Below are positions 13,380 to 22,866 of a DNA stretch of 64,000 nt, in pieces. Both the position numbers and the translations under genes were made by a program. The notes under the pieces are model-generated. The model was not told where the DNA came from and ran no database searches. It was given only the letters and a program-made list of their open reading frames with translations. The first letter of the stretch is position 1; each line of letters begins with the position of its first letter. The DNA is taken from assembly GCA_010356995.1 (NCBI GenBank), contig ML996689.1:1568691-1632690 (forward strand), in the 5' to 3' direction. This DNA comes from Trichodelitschia bisporula. Lineage: Eukaryota.

Positions 13380-14975
13380 CTACCCCTTAACCTGCAACCC
13401 ATCACTCCCCTCCTCAAACCTCCACATCCCCCCAAAATAATCATATATCGCCTTAACATCCTCCGGCCCCGTCTCCCAAAGCCTCAACGTCGGGAACCGT
13501 CTCACCACCGCCGCACCCACAACATACAACTCCGCATTCGCCAGATTCATCCCCACACACAAGCGCGGCCCCCTCCCAAACGAAACCAAATAGTGCTCTA
13601 GGCGCTTGGCATCCGCCCCTAACCAGCGCTCCGGATCGAACTTCCCAGGATCGGGGAAGAGTGTCTCGTCCCACAGGACATAGAGCGGGGACATGCCGTA
13701 CGCGCACCCAGAGGGAATGAGCCAATCCCCGTAGCGCACGGCCGAGGAGCGGTTCACGCGCGACAAGCGCCCGAAGGCCCCGACGCCCTGGCGGAGCGTT
13801 TCCTTGACGACTGCGTTCAGGTAGGGTAGTTTCTCGAGCACCTGGCTGTTGGGCATGGACTCCGGGTCCGGAATCGCGTTCTCGAGTTCCTTGCAAAGGC
13901 GCGCGTGGACGGCGGGTTGGGATAGCACGCCGTACATCATGTGACTGAGCATATTCCCCGTCGTCTCGAACCCAGCGGCTAGGATATTATTCCCATCGAC
14001 CGCGAGGCGCTTGAACGTGCGTTCCTCGGCGGGGAGCGCGTTGCTGTGCGCGACCTCCCAGAGCACGGTGCGCTGGGGCCGTTTCTTAATCTCCGCCTCT
14101 GGGGTCGCGAGCAACCGCGCCGTCCACGCGTCCGTCTGCGTCTCCATATCGAGCACCTCCAGCGCCTTGGGATTCGTCGCCTTGAGGAGCCATCTCGGTG
14201 TCCACCGGAACACTGCCAGTATGCCCGGGATCTGCCGAATGAGGGGCGAGAGCTCCCACAGCCCGCGCCACGCGCCGTAAAAACTCCTCCCCCAGTCCGG
14301 CCGCTCGAGAATATCGGGCGACGCGCCGAAGAGGTACTCGGACACGATATCCACGGTCAGGCCGCGGAAGGCGAAGAACAGCGGTATGGGTTCGTCGGCG
14401 GCGAGGGCGGTGCGCATGCGGCTGCACAGCCGGTCGGCGACGCGTTGGACGACGGGTTGGAAGCGCAGCACGGCGGCGGTGCTGAAGAAGGGCGCGAGGG
14501 CGGCGCGGCGGGATTTGTGCGTTTCGTGGGCGATGGTGGGGAAGGTGGCTTCGGGGTTGCCGAGCATGGAGTAGTAGTACTCGTATTTGTCGATTTTGGC
14601 GGAGGACATGGTGTAGATCTGGGAGAAGAACTCGGGGTCTTTGATGTGCACTTCGTTCGGGCCGATGCGCACGATCGGACCTGCCGAGGCGAGGGGTTAG
14701 CATGGCTGCGATCCAGTCGCTCGGGCGTCTGTCCGTCTCAACGCACCATATTTCTTGTGTAGGTCGGCAAGGTGGAACGTAAACTTCCCCTGAAGCCACA
14801 AATAGTCATACCAGCCCTCATACCACGTCGTCAGGGCCGCAATCTTCGGGCCCGGAAACTTTGCAAGCGGGTGGAAGTACAGCCTGTACACGGCGCCGGC
14901 GAACACATACGTCACGAGCCCGGCCAGCGCGAGCAAGGCCGCGGACCCGCTGAGCGAAGACGCGAGCGCAGACAT
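13380..14975 (-). CDS. Cytochrome P450 monooxygenase (resembles the CYP58/Tri4-type clan), 2 exons
   Basis: N-terminal TM helix then YRLYFHPLAKFPGP; intron 14746-14681 gives KYGPIVRIGPNE; AGFETT I-helix, KETLR, PERW and FGRGPRLCVG heme motif. Confidence 0.95.
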
Positions 14976-16484
14976 CCCGGTGAAGGATTCGAAGGATGCC
15001 GTCCGATAGGTGTTGAGGGTTGCGGCGAGGTTACACGGCAGCGGGTGAGCTTGGGGCGGGGGGCGGGTAGGGGGGTATAGCGAATTTAGATTCGCCTGGA
15101 GCGCGGAGAGGAGACGGTGAGGAACGTCGTTCACGGTTTAGAGACGCGCGTTTGTCCCAAAGCTTTCGAGGCAAGGACGGCGGGCGCGGTTCTCAACAAA
15201 CAAGCAAAGAACGTAAGCCGACTCGAGCTAACGACCAAGCGCAGAACGCACACCGCGGACCGCACCCCGCTGCAGATATACCCTCCCCGCGCCCCCCGTC
15301 CCCGCACGCGGCCTCTGGCACTGAATACTCCGGAGCAGACGAAGCGGCGCCCAGCGAAGCGGCCCTGAAGCCGTAGCGCCAGCCTCACACCCGCTAATCC
15401 ACGCCTTCCGCAGGGATGTGCCGCGCTCGTCTGCACGGCGCCTGGCCTCATACCCGACATGGCATAGATGGACTCGGCACTCGGTACCGAGAGGGAAGGG
15501 CGGATAAGACGCGAGCGGCGTCCCGAAGCGTGTACCTAATGCCAACGACTCTGATAAGTGCAATGAAGACGCCTTATGCGCGCGATCCAGCTGCGTGGTT
15601 GATGTAGGAGCAGGTAAGCCGGCTGCGGAGGAGACGAGCGGATGGCGAGTCAACAGTGTGAAATGACAATGCAGCGGGAGCGACGATCCGCTGCGCTGCG
15701 TCGTTGCTTCCCGCGCGAACTAATTAAGCAGCGGCGGCCCGCAGAACTAGCAGCGGATAAGACGCAGAACTGCAAACGGGGACGCTCAGCCTTATACCCT
15801 CGGGAGCATTCCCCTCACTCCCCTCGCCCTCGTCATCCCCCCCCTTTCTCACGCAAGCCCACCGCACTCCCGCCCGCGCTGTGCACCCGAACTACCCGCC
15901 CACACCTCACTGGCCAGCACCCTCGCGCCGCGCCGTAGCGGGGCCCCGCTGCATCGCTCGTGGGGGTGTCGCAAGCCAAGGAGGGGTACGGGTGCGCTAA
16001 GGTTAACCTTATTGGCGCGGGGCGGGGAGCGGGGCACGCTGGTGGCGCCGCTGCGAAAGCGGCTGCTGCGGGGCACATCATTGGCGTGGTCATAGATATG
16101 CACCAACGGACGCGCTCTTTTGCTGGGCTTTAGGGTAGCGGGTTCGGGACTACTGGCCACTTCGCCTTGCTTCGCTGTCGTTTTGCCTTGCTCTCGCTGA
16201 CGCTCGGGTTGGAATTAAGGCGGCGGCGCAGATGGCGGCGGCGCAAAAGGCGGCTGGGCACGACGTTGGGTTACCGCCTTGTGCATACGGGTTTTCGGGC
16301 GTGAGCCGCTGGGCTGGGTCGGGGGGGGGGGAGGGGCTATTTGACGCGGGGTGTGCTCCGGTGCTTGCTTGACGCTTACGTTGCGGTTGTTTGAGAACTT
16401 ACCTTACTGTTGTATTTGTCGTTGCTCGTACGGCGGCTTGGTTTGATTTTCGGCTTCTTGTAGACTGGACTTGATACCGTGAGA

Positions 16485-17988
16485 ATGAGCAGCGCGCTAG
16501 CAAGTGAGGCTCGGAGACCTGAGGAGGACGAGGTGGAGCCAGGGAGCGGGCTGGAGGCGGAGGGCGCTCCGACGGGACAGGCTGAGAACTTTATCGAGGC
16601 GGAGGAGGTGAGTGTGCTTATGGTGCGGGGTTGTGGCTGATGATGTAGCCGTTTGACGATGGAGACTCAGCCGTGGGCGACGACGATGGGTACACACCGC
16701 ACCCTTTCCCCTCCTAGCATAGCTAACCTCCAAGCGCGAGCTACACCACAAGCCTGAAATCCGTAGTCACAGACTACATCGAGGAAAACAAGCGGCGATA
16801 CCACGCTGCGCGGGGATCCAGTAAGCCCTTCACCGCCCCCATCTCCACCCTCACCTAACTCCGCGAAGCCTACTTCCTGCCCAACGATGAAGTCAGTATG
16901 CCCGGATACTGATGATCGCGGGATGGAGGCTGAAGTGCCAGGCCGAACTCGACCGCCTCGACCTCTTCCACCACTGCCTCACGCTGCGCGCCGGCGGGAA
17001 GCTGCACCTCGCGCCCATAGACCCTACGCCCGAGCGCATTCTCGACCTCGGGACGGGGACGGGGATTTGGGCTATTGAGATGGGTATGCGTCCCCCCTAT
17101 CCTATCCTCCCTCCCGCTAACACTCGCCAGGCGACAAGTACCCTGATACGCGGGTAGGTATCCCTCGTCGTCCCCAACGGCACACCAGCTAAGCCCGCAG
17201 GTACTAGGGAATGACATCAGTGCCGTGCAGCCGGAGTTGTAAGCTTTCCCCCTAATATGGGGTAACAGAGGGAGTGCTAACCACCCCAGCGTCCCCCCAA
17301 ACGTATCCTTCGAAATCGACGACTTCGAGCTCCCCTGGGCCTACTCCTCCAAATTCGACCTCATCCACGGACGCTACCTCGCGGGCTCCGTGCGCAACTG
17401 GCCGCGGCTCATCCAGCAAGCCTACAAGTAACGTCCCCCCCCCCCCCTAAACCCCTCCCCCCCTAACACCCCTAGGTTCCTCAAACCGGGCGGCTACATC
17501 GAAATGCAAGACTTCGACATGCACTTCTACACCACACACGGTGAATTCAAACCCGGCTGCCCGCTAGACAAATGGGCGCGAGCCGTCGCCTCCGGTGTCT
17601 CCGCCTTCGGCATGGACCCGCACCCAGGTCCTCAACTCAAAGGCTGGATGCAAGACGCCGGCTTCGTCGCCGTCAAAGACAATCTGTTGCCTATGCCGCT
17701 GGGCCCGTGGCCCAAGGATCGGCGGCTCAAGGAGGTGGGCACGCTGGATCTGATGCAGTTCCTGGATGGCTTGGAGGGTATTAGTTTGAGGGCGTTTACG
17801 CATACGCATAAATGGGAGCCGGAGGAGGTTAAGGTTTTTTTGGCGCTGGTGAGGAGGGAGATGCTTAATGTTAAGATGCAGGTGCAGCATAACTAGTAGG
17901 TTTTTTTCTGGATGAGTCGGGGAGGGGGGTTACTGACAGGCCTAGTCATATCGTGTATGGACAGAAGCCGTGGGATGCGAAGGACTGA
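16485..17988 (+). CDS. LaeA-like class I SAM-dependent methyltransferase, 10 exons
   Basis: Spliced reading gives ENKRRYH, YFLPNDEAELDRLD, ILDLGTGTGIWAIEMG, VPPNVSFEIDD and LKPGGYIE; nine GT-AG introns of ~40-50 nt with donors near 16608, 16690, 16821, 16892, 17084, 17153, 17239, 17428 and 17896. Confidence 0.9.
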
Positions 17989-18143
17989 GCGGGAGAGTGC
18001 TGGGTTGAGAAGCGGCGAAGCGCTTGAGAATCATACAGGAAGATGCTGGTGAAGGCATCGCTGCGATCTCGGAGATGGAGTCTAACGGTCATCTCTTAGC
18101 ACTTCCTAGCAATTGCTTAGAGGAGCTCCCGATCCATGCGGCA

Positions 18144-18290
18144 GTGCTCCTTCCATGCCCACATCAGTATTGCTGTGCCAGGAAGGAACAGGGTGAACAT
18201 GATGTGATGTGCGCATGAGAGGAGGAAGGACAATAGGAGGTTACTCGGCAGCATCATGTATTTGGTCTCGAGCGCCTCTTCGTCTTTCAT
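18144..18290 (+). repeat. Copy A of a degenerate ~150-bp dispersed direct repeat
   Basis: Aligns with 22189-22340, for example acatgatgtgatgtgcgcatgagag vs acatgatgtaatgagcgcatgatag, and gtctcgagcgcctcttc vs gtctcgagagtctcttc. Confidence 0.75.
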
Positions 18291-18494
18291 CAAGCTCTTC
18301 ACTTGACACCGGAGCCATTGCATGTATCAGGCCTATGCTTCCATTAACCTCGACTGCTCGACTCTTCGTTACCCGCCCGTATGTGTGAGTTGATATATGC
18401 ACCCGCTACCTGCCCTATGTGCCATGGAACCTCATCATGGTATCCCTTGTACGCCAAAGATGCGCCCCCGATCTAAATCCCCTCCTTCGGATAT

Positions 18495-19895
18495 CTACGC
18501 CGCTATCGCACCCGGCAACACGCCCTGCCCCACCGCCTCCCCGACCTGCTCCAGCGCCTCCACGAGTCTATCCCCCGCGCCCACCTCCTGGGTCCTCTCC
18601 TCAACCCTAACCTTCTTAACCGGCGCCTCTTCCTGTTCCGTGACCCTCTTGCCCACCCCCCTCCCCACGCCCAGCATCTCATCCACCTCCCTCGCCCTGG
18701 GCAGCAAATCCTCAAACCCAAACGCCTCCACAAGCTCCACATGACTCTTACACTTCGCAACATCGATATTCGCACCCCTCCCGCTCAACAACTGGCTAAC
18801 ACTGAACTTCGTATTCCCCCATCTATTCTCCACCGCCAGCGCGGTCTTAACATACTCCCTCACAACCTCTTGCCACCCCGCCAGCCCGCACTCCGCAGCT
18901 GCCCTAAACACGGAAGGGTTCTTTTCCGCCGCTGTCGCGATCATCGCGCCGTCCGCGCCGTACTGAGTCGCCAGGGCCAAGCCTTCATCCCTCGAGGTAA
19001 CGTCCCCGTTAAGTAATATCGCGACGCCCGCCTCTTTGCACAGCCTTACTACGAGCGGGACCTGCTCCCTGATAGCGCGCTCGCGGGGCCTCATACTCGG
19101 CGTGCGACAATGCACCGTCAAGCCCGTGATCCCAGTCCGCACCAGCCGCCTCACCAACGCCTCTGTCCTTTCCGGTGTCTCCAGGACGCGAATCTTGACA
19201 CTGATTCCGATCTCGAACTTGGTGCCTACTTCGGTGACGAGAGCCTCGAGGATAGAGCAGAGACGATCTGGGTCGCGCAGCAGCGCGGCGCCCATGCCTC
19301 CGCTTGTGGAAAAGGGTTTTGGGCATCCGGCGTTGAGGTCGATCCCCGCGACGTGCGGGGCTACGAGCGTGGCGGCGGCGACAGCGAGGGCGGGATTGGC
19401 GGAGCCGAGTTGGAAGATTAGCTTCTTGTGTTCGAGGCCCGGGTGCAGGCGGTAGAGGATTGATTCTTTAGGCGCGCCCGAGGGCGTGCGCGGGTTATTG
19501 GAGGGCAGGCGCGTGAGGATGTGGGTTTGTGTCCGGGAGCAGGGGCGGCTGGTGCACCCGATTAGGGAGCGGTCGATTGTTTCCGGGCCCCAGACGAGGT
19601 CGGCGCCGTATTTGAGGGAGAGAAGGCGCATGGGGAGTTCCCCGCTGCGGACCATGGGCGCGAGGACGATTTTGCGCCGGTAGTCGACGCCGTTCTTTGG
19701 GATGGGGACATGGGGGGCGGAGAGCGGAGGTGCGGGGGAGGGTGAGGGTGCGGAGGACGTGGCTTCGCCGGTGGCGGCTGCGGCGACGGTGGAGGTGGTG
19801 GTGGAGCCGGGAGCTGCGCCCTCAGCAGCTGTACTCGTGCTTGTGCTCATCGTTGCGAAGCGGCGGAGGTGTCGCGTGAGTGGCCGGGTGAACAT
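18495..19895 (-). CDS. DUS2: tRNA-dihydrouridine(20) synthase
   Basis: LAPMVRSGELPMRLLSLKYGADLVWGPE, GIDLNAGCPKPFSTSGGMGAALL, SVKIR, TVHCRT and NGD motifs of Dus2/Smm1; first ATG at 19895. Confidence 0.92.
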   Translation of the reverse strand: MFTRPLTRHLRRFATMSTSTSTAAEGAAPGSTTTSTVAAAATGEATSSAPSPSPAPPLSAPHVPIPKNGVDYRRKIVLAPMVRSGELPMRLLSLKYGADLVWGPETIDRSLIGCTSRPCSRTQTHILTRLPSNNPRTPSGAPKESILYRLHPGLEHKKLIFQLGSANPALAVAAATLVAPHVAGIDLNAGCPKPFSTSGGMGAALLRDPDRLCSILEALVTEVGTKFEIGISVKIRVLETPERTEALVRRLVRTGITGLTVHCRTPSMRPRERAIREQVPLVVRLCKEAGVAILLNGDVTSRDEGLALATQYGADGAMIATAAEKNPSVFRAAAECGLAGWQEVVREYVKTALAVENRWGNTKFSVSQLLSGRGANIDVAKCKSHVELVEAFGFEDLLPRAREVDEMLGVGRGVGKRVTEQEEAPVKKVRVEERTQEVGAGDRLVEALEQVGEAVGQGVLPGAIAA

Positions 19896-20382
19896 GTCAT
19901 AGAGAAAGAGGTTGGGGAGCGGGGGCGTTTGTGGGGTGTTGTCGTCGGGCAAATTTTTGGCGGGAGGCTGGCACGTGATTATGCGGGGGTAGGGACGACG
20001 ACATCTATATCAGGCAGGAGAATTCCGGGTTTGATGGAAGGATCGTGTCGAGTGTTTTCCTGCCCACGAGAAAGAGGGGGAAGTTGCCGTCTATGTGATG
20101 GGGTATTTAAAGGGGGAGGCCCCCGAGCGGACGGGGGATTCAGATTCAGGACATTCCACATCACCGCTACTTTGGACTCGGGATATCGTTACTTCGGCAC
20201 GCGAGGCGAGTGCAGAGGGTGCAAGCCCTAACCATCGAAACGACGATTCTCACGGGACAGCAAAAGATAACTCCGAACGGAGCAGCACAATAACATCAAC
20301 ACCAGCATCGCCGTCGCCCTCACTAGCGCCAACCGCGCCAATCTCATTACCTTCGCCATTCCCATCACCAGCCTCAACCGCC

Positions 20383-21924
20383 ATGACAACCCCACCACCC
20401 ACAGCACCACCCGCAGGACCTCCCACCGACATCCCCTCAACCCGCTCAACCCTCATCTTCCTCCTGACCAAGGCCCTCTCCACCCCCCGCCCCCCCTCAG
20501 ACCCTCTCCTATCCCTCTCGCCCGCAACCCTCACCCTCCTCAAACGCGACCCAGAATCCGCCTCCAAAGCCGCATACTCCCAGCTCTACGCCGCGTCATG
20601 GCGAAAAGTGAACCCATGCTGGCTACGCCTGTACACCGACGCAGCATGCCACGTCGCGCTCGCGCTGCTCAGGGCGCATCCACTCGACTACATCGACCCC
20701 ACGAACACTGACCCCACTACTTACGGGCGCGACGTGCTGACGCGCGTGATCCACGCCCTCGATCGCGTGGCCGTAATGACCGCCGCCCTGGGCCGCGAAA
20801 CCCTCATCGCCGCCGTGATGGCCACGCTGCGCAACGCCCTCCCGCACCTCCCCTTCCCCGCGCCCTACACCGCGCCAGACCACTTCCCCACCTCCACCCT
20901 CCCGGCCCCGCAGGCACGCAGGCCCATCCCGCGCCTCCTGGATCCGGACCTGCCCACCTTCCAGTCCTATCTCACCCGCTCCGCCGCCGCGCACCCCGCC
21001 ACCGGCGCCAGCCCTGTCCTAATCCCCCACGCGCTAACCCACTGGCCCGCGCTCCACCGCTGGCGCAACCCGCAATACTGGCTCGCGCTCACGCTCGGCG
21101 GGCGTCGGCTCGTGCCCGTGGAGCTGGGAAGGAGTTATGTAGACGACGGGTGGGGACAGACTGTCGTTGAGTTTGGCGCCTTTCTGGCGAGGGCGTTGAG
21201 GGATGCGGGGTGGGAGGGAATGGATGGAAAGGAGGAGGGCAAGGGGGTGGGGAGTGGGGCCCTGGACGACGCCCGCACGCCATACCTCGCGCAGCACGAT
21301 CTCCTGCGCCAGATCGAACCGCTACGCGACGATGTGCTCATCCCGGATGCATGCTTTGCTTCGGTGCCGGGGCCGCGGGGTGCCGAGGCGGAGGCTAAGG
21401 ACGATGACGGGGACGAGGATGGCGAGGCCCCGCTCCCCACGCTGAATACATGGCTCGGTCCGCCGGGGACGATTTCGCCGCTGCATTTCGATCCGCATCA
21501 TAATATCCTGGCGCAAGTGGTGGGGAGTAAGTATCTGCGGCTTTACCCGCCGAGTGCGGGCAAGGCGTTGTATCCGCGCACGAAGGGAGTTGGGGGCGTG
21601 GATGTGGATGTGGATATGAGTAACACGGGGAGTGTGGATGTAGGGGAGGTTATGTGGGCGGTTGAGGGGAGGAGGGTTGTTTGGTGGGAGCCGCTTGGTG
21701 AGGAAGGAGATGGGGAGGAGGGTGAGGAGGGGGAGGATGGGGATGAGGACGAGCAGGCGCGCGCGAGGAGAAGGTTTAAGCAGAAGTTTCCGCTGTATGA
21801 GGACGACACGCCGTATATCGAGGGCGTACTGCGCGAGGGCGAGTGTCTGTTTATTCCCCGGGGTTGGTGGCATTATGTTGTTGCGCTGGGGGCGAGTTGT
21901 AGCGTGAGTTACTGGTGGGATTGA
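20383..21924 (+). CDS. JmjC-domain Fe(II)/2-oxoglutarate oxygenase, JMJD5/KDM8-like
   Basis: GRRLVPVELGRSYVDDGWGQ, YLAQHDL, WLGPPGTISPLHFDPHHNILAQVVGSK (HxD) and LFIPRGWWHYV; intronless; ATG at 20383. Confidence 0.9.
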   Translation: MTTPPPTAPPAGPPTDIPSTRSTLIFLLTKALSTPRPPSDPLLSLSPATLTLLKRDPESASKAAYSQLYAASWRKVNPCWLRLYTDAACHVALALLRAHPLDYIDPTNTDPTTYGRDVLTRVIHALDRVAVMTAALGRETLIAAVMATLRNALPHLPFPAPYTAPDHFPTSTLPAPQARRPIPRLLDPDLPTFQSYLTRSAAAHPATGASPVLIPHALTHWPALHRWRNPQYWLALTLGGRRLVPVELGRSYVDDGWGQTVVEFGAFLARALRDAGWEGMDGKEEGKGVGSGALDDARTPYLAQHDLLRQIEPLRDDVLIPDACFASVPGPRGAEAEAKDDDGDEDGEAPLPTLNTWLGPPGTISPLHFDPHHNILAQVVGSKYLRLYPPSAGKALYPRTKGVGGVDVDVDMSNTGSVDVGEVMWAVEGRRVVWWEPLGEEGDGEEGEEGEDGDEDEQARARRRFKQKFPLYEDDTPYIEGVLREGECLFIPRGWWHYVVALGASCSVSYWWD

Positions 21925-21937
21925 GGGGGGACCGATG

Positions 21938-22010
21938 CCGGGTAATGGGTAGGCACCGGCCGGGATGAGGAGGTGCCGTGCCGGGTAATTAGGCAGTGTC
22001 AGCCGGGTAA
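21938..22010 (+). promoter_or_regulatory. Cluster of three CCGGGTAA motifs (match to the yeast Reb1 site)
   Basis: Exact CCGGGTAA at 21938, 21981 and 22003, each preceded by G; function inferred. Confidence 0.45.
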
Positions 22011-22188
22011 CCTTAATCAGGAGGTTGCCGGTCGGGCAATCAGAAAAACAACATCACAACCGCGGGCCCGAATACACGACCGAAATGGGCCGAATAGCAT
22101 AACGCCGGCTATTTTTTTAAGTTCGGTCCCGCTTGTTCTCCTCCCCTGCAGCCGAAAGCATACTCATGCGCAACGGAGGCGATTGGGG

Positions 22189-22340
22189 GTACTGATGTGG
22201 ACATGGAAGGAGCATTATTATCATGTCAGGAAGGCGCATACTAAGGGACATGATGTAATGAGCGCATGATAGAAAGAAGGGGCAGAGGAGGATAGTTGGC
22301 ATCGCGTATTTAAGTCTCGAGAGTCTCTTCCTCTCTTCCT
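22189..22340 (+). repeat. Copy B of the degenerate ~150-bp repeat; first 27 bp inverted relative to copy A
   Basis: 22189-22215 matches the reverse complement of 18144-18170 at 24/27 positions; the remainder is in direct orientation. Confidence 0.75.
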
Positions 22341-22866
22341 CTGTTTATCTTCGACTTAAATCTTCAGTTTACACAGCTGCCGTTGCACGGGTTAGCTTCG
22401 CTCCCATCAGGCGCCATGACTTTTTCGGGCTCGGGTAGCTCTCGGCCAACGGATCTTTCGAGAAACTTCGTGGCCGTGATACCCAGGCGTATTCGGGTTG
22501 CTCTAGTAAACACCATATCCTGCAGGTTCAGTGGCATTGCTTCCACTTGTGGCTTTCGTCCTAACCGGTGCGCCGTCCGGCCAATCGACGAGGCCCACAT
22601 CATGCAACGACCAGGCTGAGTCCCTGCTCCATGCAAGCCATCGACGACAGTCTTATTGGCATCTTGCATCTCTTGCGGGAGCACAAGTTTCAGCCTCGGG
22701 GCGCTGCTAGAGCCTGATTGACGACCGCGGCTTTTTTGGTTTTATCAGCTTGAACGCTCTCCCCTCTTCTGCATCCGGAAGCCTTCATCGCACTGTTCAT
22801 CAGAAAGCTCGTATTTGTTAGACTCAATCGCAAATGTCTTAGCTGCGAGCACAGACGGCTGCTTCT

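Noticed and set aside
16485..17988. Calling the methyltransferase laeA itself, or treating its nine introns as unusual
   Set aside because: Intron-rich LaeA-like paralogs are common in filamentous fungi, and orthology cannot be shown by eye
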